Source: the human T2T-CHM13v2.0 reference genome, Homo sapiens
Direction: 5' to 3' (one strand)
DNA length: 64,000 nucleotides
NCBI RefSeq assembly: GCF_009914755.1
Contig: NC_060931.1
Below, piece after piece: positions 1-20,375 of this stretch; the stretch's first letter is position 1; each line of letters begins with the position of its first letter. Both the position numbers and the translations under genes were made by a program. The notes under the pieces were generated by a model. That model was not told where the DNA came from. It did not search any database and was given only the letters and a program-made list of their open reading frames with translations.

Positions 1-734
<734 letters not shown>

Positions 735-1025
735 CCAGGTGTGATGGGTCATACATATAATCCTAGCACCTTGGGAGGCTGAGGCAGGAGAAGAGCTTGA
801 GGCCAAAAGTTTGAGACCACAACATAATGAGACCTTGTCTCTACAAAAAAAAAAAAAAAAAGAAAAGAAAATAGCTGGGTATGGTGGCATGCACCTGTAG
901 TCCTAGCTATTCTGGAGGCTGAGGCAGGAGGGAGGAGGATCACTTGAGCCCAGGAGTTTGAGGTTGCAGTGAGCCATGATTGTGCACCTTTTGCTGAGGT
1001 GATGAAGCTAGACCTGTCTCTTAAA
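735..1025 (+). mobile_element. Alu (AluJ-like)
   Basis: Diverged dimer with central A tract. Confidence 0.85.
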
Positions 1026-1039
1026 AATGAATCTTGAAA

Positions 1040-1760
<721 letters not shown>

Positions 1761-1905
1761 GTGGCTGGGTGTGGGGGCTCGTGCCTGCAATCCCAGCAAT
1801 TTGGGAGGCTGAGGCGGGCAGATCACTTGAGCCCAGTTGTTCGAGAACAGCCTGGGTAACATAGGGAGACCCCGTCACTACAATAAACACAAACAATTAG
1901 CCACG

Positions 1906-2607
<702 letters not shown>

Positions 2608-2756
2608 CCAGGAGTGGTGGCACACCTATAATCCTGTCTACTTGGAAGGCTGAGGCAGGAGGAGGAGGATCACTTGAGCCCAGGACGTTGAGGCTATAGT
2701 GAGCTACGATCTCGCCACTGTACTCTAACCTAGGTGACAGAGCAAGACCCTGTATG

Positions 2757-3030
2757 AAAGAAAGAGAGAGAGAAGAAAGAGAAAGAGAGACAGAGAGAGG
2801 AAGGAAAGAAGAAAGAGGAGGAAGAGAAAGAGAAAAAGAAAGAAAGAGAAAGAGAGACAGAGAGAGGAAGGAAAGAAGAAAGAGGAGGAAGAGAAAGAGA
2901 AAAAGAAAGAAAGAGAAAGAGAGAGGAAAGAAAGAAGAGAAAGAAAGAGAAAAAGAAAGAAAGAAGGGAAAGAAAGAAAGAAAAGAAAGAAAGAAAAAGA
3001 AAGAAAGAAAGAAAAAGAAAGAGAAAGAAA
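2757..3030 (+). repeat. GA-rich polypurine tract with a ~67-bp higher-order duplication
   Basis: Almost pure A/G; the two C residues at 2791 and 2858 mark the period. Confidence 0.93.
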
Positions 3031-3149
3031 ACGTTCTTCTTTGAAAAGGCAATGGACTTCATATGTGGATGTAACATAGAGCTAAGTTACACTTCAACAC
3101 TGAGTATAGTCAAATGTTCATAAAAACAAATACCATTTCTTTGGTCTTC

Positions 3150-3497
3150 GTTATGGACTGAATGGCCCCCGCCAAATTCATATGTTGAAATTGCATCCTC
3201 AGTGTGATGGTATTTGAAAGTGGGCCCTTTGGGAGGTGATTAGGTCATGAGGGTGGGGGCCTCATGAATGGGATTAGTGCCCTTAAAAGAGGCCTGAGAG
3301 CTAACTCACCTGCTTTCCACGATGTGAGGATACAAGGAGAAATCAGCCATCTGCAACCCAGGAGAGGGCCCTCATCAGAACCGACCATGCTGGCACCCTG
3401 GACTTCTAGCCTCCAGAACTGTGAGAAATAAATCTCTGTGGTTTATAACCTACCCAGTCTACGGTGCTTTGTTATAGCACCCGAAGAGGCTAAACTA
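3150..3497 (+). mobile_element. MLT1A-like MaLR LTR
   Basis: ttatggactgaat...cccccaaattcatatgttgaa-like start; gtgagaaataaat...gttatagca end. Confidence 0.85.
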
Positions 3498-3736
3498 GTC
3501 TTAAACATGAACTTTCATTTCTTCGCAAATATGGTCATATCCGTCTCAGAAGTTGGGTTTCTGACCTTGTTCTTTAATGATGTTGTGACGCTTGTACTGG
3601 TCCATCTGATCCTGATACTCTCTGGATTGATAAGTAGGTAACTGTCCCTGGAAAAATGGCAAGGTGGGGTAAACGTGTCTGAACGTATAAAACATTTCAG
3701 AAGAGGAACAACATCTCTTCAGAACCCTATCTTTTT

Positions 3737-4028
3737 TTTATTCTAAGGCAGGGTCTTGCCCTGTCACCCAGGCTGGAGTGCAGTGGTGTAATCATGGCTC
3801 ACTGCAGCCTCGACCTCCCAGACTCAAGCAATCCTCCTGCCTCAGCACCTGCCCCCCATCAGCTGAGACTACAGGCACACACCATCATGCCCTGCTAATT
3901 TTAAAATATTTTGTAGAAACGTGGTTTCGCTGTGTTGCCCAGACTGGTCTTGAACTCCTGGGCTCAAGCCATCCGCCCAGCTTGGCCTCCCAAAGTGTTG
4001 GCCAAGGCGTGAGCCACCGCACCCAGCC
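3737..4028 (-). mobile_element. Alu (AluJ)
   Basis: Flanked by TSD AGAACCCTATCTTTTT. Confidence 0.9.
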
Positions 4029-6382
4029 AGAACCCTATCTTTTTATAAAAGGTTTTTGCACATTTGATGACTAATTGCCAATCTTGCTGTTTGCCTAATT
4101 TGGAGGGGGATGGTATTCACCACAAGGACAAGATATACAATTGGCTCAGACTCTCAGACTTTAAGCAAGAGAGGTTTGTGCCTTAAATCATTAGGAGAAA
4201 AGAAAAGCTGACGGATATGCCAGTTTTATTCCAGAAATGGCATCTCACCAAGGAAGTGACTTCAGTTTAGAAACAGAGCCCCTGAGTTCGAATTCCTGCT
4301 CTGCCATTTAGAATCTACATAGCCTTGGACAAGACACTCCACTTTGCCATGCCTCAGGGCCACTCGGAGACAGAGGGCACTCACCCACAGGGAGGGGTGT
4401 TCTGCCTGCGGTCTTTCCCCCTCCCTTGCCTGGTCTCCGTCTCTTCTGGGACTGGATTTAGTGTTTGATTCTGTCCTCTGTGTGACATACAGTATGTGAT
4501 ATGACACTGAATATGACGTTTCCTTTCAACTTGTCTTCAAATTATTCTATGATATTTACCTTCCCCTGAATTCTTTCATAACAGTAGTTCCTTTCTTGTT
4601 ACTTGTTCTTTAATGTGGCTTTTGTTCAAGTTTTTATTTCCCAGCAAAGACCAACTTTCCTTTGATTTTGATGGAGGAAAGATTAGCTACATAAATCATT
4701 TGAAATTAAAGCAAACCAAACACAACACAAACATGAAAGGAATATCAAATGCTTCCCTGAATTAAAAGGGTTCCAATCCCAGCACCTCTGAAGATGGGCA
4801 GCGTCTTTACTACTTGACCTTAAAGAGGTAACCCAGAAGAAAAAAGAACTTGAGTTGTTAAGAGAAGAGAGAACAGCCAGCTGGAGAGGAACCAATGAAA
4901 AGCATTAGAGGCAGCTCTTGGCTGGAGGAAGAAAGCAGTCTGCCTTCAGCGTCTCGTACAAAAGTCTCCTGGTGCACTGTGCAGAGCCAGGCTTGGTTTA
5001 AAGTCTCTATTGTTAGCAGATGTCAGCACGACCAGGGTCAGGGTCAAACAGGGAACTCACAAAATGAGTTGAATATTTTAAAAAAAAAGAAAAAGTGATG
5101 TGCCTAGATAAACTACAAGAAAAAAAGCCATCTTTAATTGATGTATAAGAAATTTTAGCTGTTAATTTCCATGAGGATTACAAATGTTAAGATTAATGCA
5201 AGCATAAAATTAGCCAACTGTCTATAGCTCAAGAAAATTTGCCATTCAATATGCCATATATTAAACAGTAAAAATATTCAAACAGGACACTTTTGAAAAT
5301 AAGCTTCATGCCCTGGTGGAAGAATGGATTATCTCAGAGAACTGAGCTCAGCAATAAATACATTCTTAAATGAAATATCCAATCCTTATTTGGGAGTGTA
5401 GCTTTATCTTAGTGTTTGCTGAGATACAGGAGTTCATTAGTAACTTGCCAGCTATGTAAGATACAGATAGACCACTAAATGAGCACACTGTGTCTGTATT
5501 GATAGTTTTATTTCCAGTGGAACTGAGATCAAGCACCGTGCTTGCTGGTTAGTTATACAGCTTTTTTTCTGGGGAAATTTTAGAAAGCTTTTTGTGCCCT
5601 AAGGGTCCCTCTGGGGTTTTCCTGCTGCACAGATTGTCATGTTCTGTGCAATGTGACTCTGAGATCCTGGTCCACAGCTGATTGGGTCAGAGAGGGGCAC
5701 CTGACCCTAGTGCAGCCAGTTTCTAAGCTGGCCTGTGGCCGACTCAGAGCTCTGCTCAAAAGAGCCATCTATTCTGTGTGGTGATTGGCTTGCTCAGCCA
5801 GAGGATATTTGAATATAAGATGCAAGAGTCTGCAGTCAGAAGCAGGGTGGAGGCTGAAGGACACCCAGGGAGACTAGAGCCACGAGGCAGCAGAAGCCAC
5901 GAAGCAGACAGAGCAACCATGGATGCGGGGATCACGGAGGAGTGGAGTGATGGGGAGCGACCACCGCCCACTGCTGTTCTTGGGGTGATGGCAGAAAGAG
6001 CAGGAGAGCAGGGCTGTATCCCCAACAGGGTTCCTGTTCTAAGCACGTTTGTGTGCAGGAGGCTGGCTGTGCAGCTGCCTGACCGTTCTCTGTTTCTTTT
6101 CAGTACAACCCTGTCACTAAGGTAACCAGACTATAGCTTTTTCTAGGGAGCCAGGATACCAAGCAAAGCCTTTGCTTATCAAACTGACTGGTTCTCACTA
6201 GGGGCTCTCAGAATCTCTGAGTGAGTTCGGCCAAGTGCTGGTCTTTGCATGTCGGTATTAAGCCAGAATACACACAAAGGGAGAGGAGGGTAGGCCGGCT
6301 AGTAATGCAACCAAGAGAAATATTAGGGAGTAGATAATTAAATTCTATGAAATTGAAGGATATGTCTTAGAAAGTATTTATG

Positions 6383-6671
6383 TATTGATTTTTGAAACAG
6401 GGTCTTGCTCTGTCACCCAGGCCGGAGCGCAGTGGCACGATCATAGCTCACTGGGACCAAACTCCTAGGCTCGAGGGATCCTCTTGCCTCAGCTTCCCGA
6501 GTAGATGGAACTACTGGTGTGGGCCACCACACCTGCCTAATGGTTTTATTTTTAGTAGAGACAAGGTCTCACTATGTTGCCCAGGCTGGTCTTGAATTCT
6601 TGGGCTCGAGCGATTCTCCTGCCTCAGCTTCGTAAAGTGCTGGGGTTACAGGCATGAGCCACTGCGCCTGA
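6383..6671 (-). mobile_element. Alu (AluJ)
   Basis: Diverged Alu dimer. Confidence 0.88.
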
Positions 6672-6699
6672 CTTGTCTAGAATTTATGGTAAATTATTA

Positions 6700-7385
<686 letters not shown>

Positions 7386-7642
7386 TAAAAAATCTTGGGA
7401 TTGTGTAAATAAATTTCCATTAAACAAGAATTGTTGACTATAACAACGGCCAACATTTTGTCTTTTTAGTTTTGTGGCTTATTTACTCCTGAAACCTCTT
7501 TTTGCATTTAAATAATTTTGCTTCAAATAAGGTAAAGTGTTAGCAGAGGCAACAAAGACTCCTCATGGTTACTGGTAGATCCATGCAACCAAAGCTTCCC
7601 GAAGATTTAAGCTTTTTCTTAAGGCATTCAGCGGTAAAGTTA

Positions 7643-8079
<437 letters not shown>

Positions 8080-9470
8080 TAGTACTTTGGTATAACGTAC
8101 TTCTAGACTTTTTCTAATCACATTTGTATGTATTTAGAGCCTACAAAAATGAAATCATACTGTCCATACCATTTAATGCCATCTGTTTGGCAAATATGCA
8201 TCTATCCACAGCATAATTTTGAATGTCTGTGTAGTATTCCATTATATGTATCATAAGCTACTCCAACAATAATAGCAACCTATGGAGCTTTTACTTGGAT
8301 TCAAGTGCCTTCTATGCACGACCTCGACTAACCCGCACACTGACTCTACGAGGATAGGTATGATTTAGTGTCTCCATTTAACAAGCAAAAAACCGAGGTT
8401 TAGGGCTGCTGGCCTGCCCAGTTGCTCCCCCTGTCACGTGGCGATTGGAAGGCAGGCTCACTGGCTCCAGAGCACGCACCCTGACAACCACTTTTGTGCT
8501 TCCTATTGTTGGACACTTTGGAAACCACCAAAGTGGTTTCTAAAAAGCTACATGCCAATTGTTATTTTGGTATAAATGTCATTTTTAAAAATTAAACCAG
8601 ATAATCATATAATATGATAAATATCATAGAATATGTTTGAAAAGTAAAAGCAGTCCATTTTTATACCTGTCTCACTAATATTTAACTAACTCAAATGACA
8701 ACTTACGCTAATTTTATTCTTAGAGACGCTAATGAAATTGCTGTGTTCATTCCCTCCATTCCTCTCCTGCAGTCAAACCGCCCCAGACGGGGACACCGCG
8801 TGGTTTCGAGAGGCCTCTGGCTGAGCTCCTCACCTGCTGGCAGCTTCTCTTCCTCCCCAGGCCCAGCCAAGTGAGGAGCCACAGCCTGGAGACAGAAAGG
8901 ACACGGTGCCTCTCCTCCCTGCAGTCCTGTTCCTAGGACTTCTACCATGCCCTATCCCCATGTTTTGTCCCCATGCTGAAGGTTGGGGATTAAATTAAAG
9001 AGCATCCCTACACACGTTGCATAAGACCCACTCGGCACATATTTCCCCAGTAGGAAAGCAGCACAGTACCTTTCCTTACAAAGGCTATTTCTAGAAACCG
9101 CTCGCTAGGTGTAACTTGAACCTGATACTGGTCAATACTTCTCCTGGAAGCAGAGTGAGTTCATGAGCTGATGGAGGGCTGACTTTCAACTTTATTAGAC
9201 TGTGATGCCCAGTGAGGTTGGCAGATATTTTCCAATTTGATTCAGATGATCTCTGAGAAATGGTCCGTTTAATCCGGATTTCCTAGGATGAAGCTATTGG
9301 CACCTCATTCAGCCTTCTGTATGGTTACATGCAGGGCTAGAGTCCAGGAGATGTACTCAGAAGAGGCACAGATGGATTCTAGTCTCCTGTGGGATCAGGA
9401 CACATTGAAAGAATTCAAGGTCTTCAAAGAGGAACACAGGTGGCCTGGGAGTGTGAAAAGCTGTCCAAGA

Positions 9471-9945
<475 letters not shown>

Positions 9946-10295
9946 CTACTAGGTTGCATTGTTCCTGGTGTACCAAACACTGGGACACCAAATCAGGGAG
10001 CACTCCTTTAGTGATTCACGGGAACATCACAAGCCCTAATGCTTCCTATGCTCTTCCTTCTCATTCACATTTACCTTCAGGCTGCAGCCTGATGTTACAA
10101 GTGTGGTGTTGAGCTGAGAAGTTCAGAATTCAGAAGTCGGGGAGAGAGGGGTGGTGAGAAGAGCACTTTTCATGAACTCCCCTCTTCCATCCCTGGACTG
10201 TTGCCAATAAATCTCAATTTTGAACAAGAGTTTCATGAGAGCAAAACAAGGAGAACATTGAAAAAGAAATAATGTATATGTATATGACAACCACT

Positions 10296-10458
10296 TTTTT
10301 CTTTTTTAACAGAGACAGGGTCTCACTCTGTCACCCAGGCGAGAGTGCAGTGGCACAATCATAGCTCACTGTAGCCTCAACCTCCTGGCCTCAAGCAATC
10401 CTCCCACCTTGGCCTTCCAAAATGCTGTGATTACAGCAGTGAGCCACTGCACCTGGTC
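10296..10458 (-). mobile_element. Alu monomer/partial (FLAM/AluJ-like)
   Basis: Single-arm-length Alu sequence. Confidence 0.8.
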
Positions 10459-10574
10459 TAAAAACTACTTACTAAAAATAGTTATCAGAACATAATTCTT
10501 TTCCACTGCTGTCTCTTAAAACTCCCTCTCTAACATGCATTGTTAACTGGAAAGAAAAGAACTTCATTTGATTA

Positions 10575-10872
10575 TTTTATTTTATTTTTGAGACAGGTTC
10601 TCGCTCTGTTGCCCAGGCTAGAGTGCAGTGGTGCAATCTTGGCTCACTGCAACCTCCACCTCCCGGGTTGAAGTGATCCTCCCACCTCAGCCTCCCCACT
10701 AGCTGGGACTACAGGTGTGTGCCACCAGACCCAGCTAATTTGTATATTTTTAGTAGAGATGGGGTCTCACCATGTTGGCCAGGCTGGTCTCAAGCTCCTG
10801 ACCTCAGGTGATCCACCTGCCTTGGCCTCCCAATATGCTGGAGTTACAGGTGTGAACCACCACACCCAGCCA
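10575..10872 (-). mobile_element. Alu (AluS)
   Basis: Alu dimer. Confidence 0.9.
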
Positions 10873-10939
10873 AAAAGAACTTTAAATAGCCAAAGCAGTA
10901 TATGATGATTAAGCTAATTCTATTTATGCCAAATAAGTT

Positions 10940-12221
<1,282 letters not shown>

Positions 12222-12414
12222 GGCAAAATGTTGTTTTCAGAAAGAACTAATCAAATTGGCCAGCTTCTGGCTGGGCAGCAGGTCTAGAAAAGTCATTCAT
12301 CCAGATGGAAGCAAGAGGATGGGAAGGTGCAGGAGGGAGGTCTCTGAGAAGAACAGAAACACAAAGTACCTGAGGTGCAACTCACTGTGAGGAGATGAAC
12401 AGGTTTCTAAAAAA

Positions 12415-12932
12415 TTTCCATAGCAGCTGCGCCATTTTGCTTTCCCACCAACAGGGTATAGGGGTTCCCTTTTCCCCCATGCTCTTGCCAACTCTTGTTG
12501 CCTTAGGTCTTATTGACAACAGCCATCCTAACAGTAATGGGGTGATACCTCATTGTGGCTTTGACTTATATTTCTCTCATGGTTAGTGATGCTGGACCTT
12601 TGTATGTCTTCTTTGGAGAAATGTCTATTCAAGTCCTTACCTCATTTTTGAATCAGGTTGTTAGTTTTTGTGCCATTGAATTGTAGGAGTTCCTTATATA
12701 TGTTGTTATTAACCCTTTTTCGGATGTATGGCTTACAAATATTTTCTTGCATTGTATCGTTGCCTCTTCACTCTGTTGGTTGCATCCTCTGATGTGCAGA
12801 AGCTTTTTAGTTTGTTGTAATCCCATTTGTATCTTCTTGCTCTTGTGGCTGTGCTTTTGGTGTCATATCCAAGAAATCATTGCCAAGACCAATGTCAAGG
12901 AGCTTTTTCCTTATGTTTTCTTCTAAGAGTTT
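12415..12932 (-). mobile_element. L1M (L1MA/MB-like) ORF2 3' fragment
   Basis: tcccaccaacag...tgtatgtcttctttggagaaatgtctattcaagtcc...gtgcagaagctttttagttt. Confidence 0.85.
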
Positions 12933-14018
12933 TGGGGGATGAATTAGTGATAGAACACTAATGGAACACTAAGCAAATGAAAAAGTGATTGCTGAGGTGG
13001 AGCAAGGCAGTGGGTGAGGTCATCTAGGGATGGGGGCTTTTCAGGTGAAGAGGAGCACAGGCGGGTTGATGATGTTGGCCATAAACATTGGAATCTGAAC
13101 TAGAAGGAAGGGAGGGAAGCCAGCGAGTGTTTGGAGGGGTTGTGGGTTGGCCGTCTCCTTTGGGACTTGAGCAAGGGGGCTGGAGAAGGAGGAGTTTGCC
13201 CTCAAGATCAGCGCGTTCTTTCCTTCAGTGACCACATACTTGAAAGTAATGGTGGACAGGCAGGGGTGCGAGGCTGCCACCCTGCCTGTCATTTCACTTT
13301 CCAACAACATGTGCTCCCGGGATCCTCAGATGATCATTTAGTTTCACAAACAGAGGAAGGAGCATTCGTTCTCTAAGACACCTTGCCAATAAGAGAAGAA
13401 AGTGCACCCTGTTTTCTTTTTTAAAAAATGTTTACACTTCCTAAAAAACACTGTATTTTTAAAAAAAGCATTTGGGTCAACTAATTTATAGCACAAATAG
13501 GACTTTATGGGGGGAAGTATTATGAACACATCCAAAGTACTCATCATTATGTGTTGTGCTAAGATGCCTGAAATCTATAATATGGTTACTTTAAGTGAGT
13601 TTCCTTTCAATGTGCTAATAATAGTAGCATGCCCTATTTCTAATGAATGCATTTTAAAGTACCAGGAAATGAATCTCTGTTGCCATTTGAAAAATCTCTA
13701 GTGCCTGTTTTTAACTCTCAGCCTTATCTTTCCTATCAGATACATTTTAATTTTAATATGTCTCAGTTAAGATGCAGTTACTTTGAAAGGAAAGAAAATG
13801 GTTTACTTCTCTTGCGAACAACTTTTTATTATGGAACATTTCAGACACATACTCAGCACTTAGCTCTGTCACACTAATCAATGCCTGGCCAATCTTGTTA
13901 CATCTGTCCCCCAAGCCACTCTCCCACCTCTATTCCTCTGAATGATTCTAAAGCAAACCCCAAACATTATATTAGTTCATGGATAAATGTTGCAGTGTAT
14001 GTCTCTAGCAGATGAGGA

Positions 14019-14315
<297 letters not shown>

Positions 14316-14964
14316 AAGGACTGAGGAGGGGGGACTTATTTTTTAAAAGGACAAAACCATATCCATAATACCATGATCCTACCTAAAGAAATCCTGGAAT
14401 TCCTCAGTGTTGTCAACTACTCAGTCAATATTCAAATCTCTGAATTATGAAATCATTTTTAAAAAGGGTCCCCACATTGAATTTGGCCTATGTAGTTGCA
14501 TTCATTGTCCCCTGTCCCCCCACTTTGTTTTCTTACAGTGCATCTGTTGAGGAATACGGGTTTTATGGATTTTGCCCATTATAGGCTCATTGTTTGGGTT
14601 CCTGTGTCTGCATTTCCTGTACATGAATAGTTAGACCTAAGTGGCTTGATCTGATTCAAGTTTGATTTTTTTTTGTAAGAAGACAGGATAGGTCTGACCA
14701 CGGTTTGATCTGAGGTCTTTCTTTCTTCCTTTAAAAACATGAACTAGAAGGCATACGGGAGGAATCTGCTGCGGGAAAACACAGATCGATGCTGTTGCAT
14801 TTCATCTCCCAAAAGCAAGGCCATGTCCATCTTGGGGAGTGGCAGTGAACATCTCTGTCGATTGTGTCCTTGGCTGTGCAGAAGCTTTGTATTTTGATGC
14901 AGTCCACTTGTCTACTTTTGCTTTTGCTGCCTGTACATCTGTTTCATTTACATGATCTCACTTA

Positions 14965-15120
14965 ACATGCTAAGTGTTTTATGTGCCAGGTGTTTTACTT
15001 ACATTATTTCACTTGAGCCTCCCAAATGCCTTCAGAAGAAGGTGCTGTTATTCCCATTTTACAGATCTGGAAGTTGAGATCCAGAGAAGTGAAGAACCAG
15101 TTTTAAGGCTAGAGGCATAG
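14965..15120 (-). mobile_element. MIR fragment
   Basis: attcccattttacagat...gag...cagagaagtgaag core. Confidence 0.65.
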
Positions 15121-15860
15121 GGTGGGGAGGATCAGGGGCAGCCTGTGCTTGTCACAGCGACTGCACGTTCCGCTGACCTCCAAGATGTGCCTGGAGATCG
15201 GCTGCCCCCGCTTCAGCAGTCAGCCCAAAGGGCAAACATAAGAAACGTTTCGGGAGGGAACAAGGGCCTCCATCCTTTCCTGTGTTGGGCTGTTACTCTT
15301 TCAGCTTGACATGCATCCCCTTGTCTTCTTGATGAAGCATTTAAGATGGATACACTCAAAGTGACACTTACATTCTGCTCCCAACTAGGAATCTCTTATT
15401 TCCCTCAGGGTTCCCACTGGGAGGAGAGGGACTCCTAAGTTGCTGCCTTGGGTGCCCTTTGTGCTTCCTAGGTCTAGTTTCTCTGTTATTAAGATTGAGG
15501 CTTTGATCTCACCTAATGGTGAAAACGGGTAAAAGTGTCAAAACTTGTATTGCAGAAAAAAAAAATCAGTAAAATAGGGTGCAAAGAGAGGCATTTGTAT
15601 TAACTTCCTGGGGCTGCCATAGCAAAGTATCCCAAACTGGCTGGCTTAAAACAAGGGACGCAGATTCTCTCACAGTTTTGGAGGCCAGAAGGCTGAAATC
15701 AAAGCGCTGCAGGGCCACGCTCCCTCTGAAGGCTCTGGGGAGAATCTGTTCCACGCTTCCTTAGCTTTCGGGGTTATGCCAGTCCTTGGTATTTCTTAGT
15801 TTGTGCATGTGTCACTCCCACCTCTGCCTCCAGTGTCACATGCTCTTCTCTTTGTGGATC

Positions 15861-16514
<654 letters not shown>

Positions 16515-16732
16515 GCATCTATGTCCAAACTGCCCTCTTAAGGACACTGGTCATAGTGGGTTAAAGCCCACCCTAACGGCTTCATCTTAACTTGAATATA
16601 TTTGCAAAGACACAATTTCCAATAAGGCCACATGCATAAGTAACCAGGGGTGACAATGACATTATATGTTTTGGGGGGACACAGTTTAGCTCACAGCAGC
16701 CATTTGGAACTGGGATTAAGAGCATAGGCTAT

Positions 16733-17115
16733 GGCCAGGTGCAGTAGCTCACACCTGCAGTCCCAGCACTTTGGGAGGCCAAGGTGGGAGAACTGCTTGA
16801 GCCCAGGAATTTGAGACCAGCTTGGGCAACATAGGGAGACCACATTTCTACAAAGAAGAAAAAAAACCCACATTAAATTAGCTGGGCATGGTGGCACATG
16901 CCTGTAGTCCCAGCTCCTCAGGAGGCTGAGCTGGGAGGATCACTTAAGCCCAGGAGGTCAAGTCTGCAGTGAGCTGTGATTCCACCACTGCACCCGAGCC
17001 TGGGTGACAGCGAGATCTTCTTTCAAAAAAAAAAAAACAACAAAAAACCAAAACACACACACACACACAAAACACACAAAACCACACACACACACACACA
17101 CACACAACCAAAAAA
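16733..17115 (+). mobile_element. Alu (AluJ) with A/(CA)n tail
   Basis: Alu dimer; flanking GAGCATAGG duplication. Confidence 0.88.
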
Positions 17116-17929
17116 CGAGCATAGGATTTGGTATTAGACTGTTTCGAAGGCCTCAAATTTGGTGTGGTATGAACTTGGCCAAATTAGTTAACATTTCTGG
17201 GATAATAAAGACTACCTCATGATAACGTGTGAAGATTAAAAAAGATCATGTGTCCAAAGCACTTGGCTGAGTGCCTGGCAGGAAGAAGCACTTGGTGGTT
17301 GGTAGGTCTCCTCCCCTTATTTTTCTTTGCATTACTGTTATTTGCAGTAGTAGTAATGATTAATAGTCTGTGGTCTAAGCAGGCCTCATCATGAGGGTGA
17401 GATTTCAGCAGGACTTGAAGGAGGCAGGGGAGCTGGCCCAGCTGGTATCTGGAGAAAATATTCCAGGGAGAGGAAACAGCTGTAACAAAGCTTCCAGATC
17501 CTTCTTACATTGCTCTGCTTTAAGATTTTTTTCTTTTTCCTTTCTTCCCCCACACTAGAATGCAAGCTCCTGAGCACGGGAGTTTACTGCCTCCTAGATG
17601 AGTCCTAAGCCCCCAGAACAGTGCCTGGTGTGGAGCAGGGCACTCTGTGCACAGTGTAACAGTTGTTATATAAATCAGTATTGAAGCCCAGAGGGACTGG
17701 GGAGGAAACATCTCTTTTGTGAAGTTCTAAAAAGTCATGAGATGATGTGGACCATGAGCCTCATGAGAGCCCCCTCATTGCAGGCCAGGTGGCTGGTGCC
17801 TGTATTTGAAAGACTCCTCTGAACCAGGGGTACCACCTTCTCCTCTTTCCACTGGACACTTCTGATTAGGACTTATCCCAGGGGCTGGTCCTAAAGCAGT
17901 ACTTCTTAATTAAATTAAATCAAATTATG

Positions 17930-18532
<603 letters not shown>

Positions 18533-20294
18533 CTAAAACAGTAAAAATCAGGGAATCGTGGGTCTGGATTTCAAGAGGCTCAGGAATGAGCTCATCAAAT
18601 CTCTCCCTCAGTGGAGGTGAGGGGCAGTCTTTTGTACTTCTGGCTCCTGGAGCCAGCCTTGTTTTTCTTTCTGAGCAGGCACTGGGACACTTTCCTCCGT
18701 TCTCCTAAAAGGCAAGAGGAGCTCTCTCCACACATGGCTAAGTCGTATTCTTTGTGCGCGGTTGGTCTGCGCACTTGGCCACCTCTGGATTTGTCTGTAA
18801 CACTGCAGATTATGTGGCATCTCTCTAACTTAATAGTCAACTGGCAATCTAGAGGGAAAAACTTTGTGGGATGGGGATGCTGCACCAGCGCCACGATCCA
18901 CATAGACGTGCTGGCTTTCACCAGCCACTGTCCAGACTCTGAACAGACATCAGTTGAGCACCTGCCACATGCCGGATCCTTGCCAGAGCTCAGAGCATCG
19001 AGATGAACAGGTCACCCTCCTCAAAGGACTCAGGGGACCACTGTGTCAACAACAACTGCTACTAACATTTACATGGTCCTTTAGAGCCTGCAAAGTGCTG
19101 TTGCCTATAAACAACTTGCCAGGTGAGAAAAACCAGTCTAAACAAGGTAAGGGATTGCACAACAGCTTCCTGGCAGTGACAGCAGTGCCGGGCAGCAAAC
19201 CCTCCTCTGACTGCAGATGCCAGCCGCTTTCAACCACTGCTCTCCGCTGGCCAGGAGGGAGTGAGGGTAGGGTAGGGACGGTGACTTACAACAAATACAG
19301 CTGTGTGTGTGGCGGGTCTTGTGCAGCACAGAGGGAGGGGGCATCTGTTTGCTGGGGAGGGAGAGTCACAGCAGAAGTCATATTTGATTCAGATCTTGAG
19401 AGATGAGCAGAATTGCTCTAGATGGAGAATCTGGAGATATGGTGCAGGCAGGCAGGTGTGGAAGCTGGGGACCCTTCTGGAGTGCAGGGAAGTGCATCAG
19501 TGTGGGCAGAGGCCAGTGAGGGCCTCCATCTCCCAGCTCAGGAGATAAGGCTGGATTCTCTAGGCAGCGAGGGTTTCCCAGCACTGAAGTGATTCGATTT
19601 TTGGTTTAAAAATGCAGCCAGGCATAGTGGCCATAATTCGGAAGGGACACCTCTTAGGGCTTACAACTCGAATGCATTCAAAGCTGTTGGAAATGCTGCC
19701 CTCTTAGGAGATCTTTTCAAAGGGGTGGGGAGGAGGATTTAAAAATGCACAGAAAACGAGGTGGTTTCCAGCTTTTCTGCTTTGTGTGTGCAGGAGCAGA
19801 GGTGAAGGAGGCTGTGTTGGAAATAGGAGTGAGGTGCCCAGGGGCAGGGATGTAGACAGAGGTGAGGGCTCCTCGACTGCCACCCTCTCCCCTTGCCTGG
19901 TGGGTAAGTGAGGCCACTGTGGGAGCTTTGCTCCTCCTTCCTGGGCCTTCGCGCCCGAGCCCCGCAGACTCCATCGCACGCTCCGTGTCTCCTCTGCTCT
20001 CTGCAGCTCAGGCAAGTCGGCCACAAGCGCAGGGCCCGGCTCCGGCCACTTCTTTCCCATTGGCCCAAAGGGCACAGGTGAGGACGGGGACAGCAGGAAA
20101 GGAAGGAAGCTGATCTGAGAGCAGCGTCAGCCCGGCTGAGAGCCCACTGCTGTGTGCCAGGGGCAGCTCCCATCCAAAGCCTCTCGCCCTCCAATGCCTG
20201 TGAGGCCCAGGAGGTGGCTTGAATGAGTGAGCCAGGGGGCCTGGGTGCAGGAAGAGGAGCAGGGCCTGGCCCATCGCAGTCCCCTCTCCCCACC

Positions 20295-20375
20295 CCAAGC
20301 TGTGACAACCGAAGATGTTTCCACATTGCCAAATGCCCCCCTGGGGAACAGAATCTCCCCTGGCCGCGAAGACCG
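20295..20375 (+). mobile_element. MER20 (hAT-Charlie) 3' fragment
   Basis: tgacaaccgaagatgtttccacattgccaaatgccccc...ggggaacagaatctcccc resembles the MER20 end. Confidence 0.7.

Noticed and set aside
18595-19406. Cluster of 108-150 aa ORFs on both strands
   Set aside because: No recognisable homology, mostly non-ATG starts, no coherent splice structure
19704-20332. 197-aa and overlapping ORFs
   Set aside because: Stop-poor GC-rich DNA starting in a MER20 fragment; no recognisable domain
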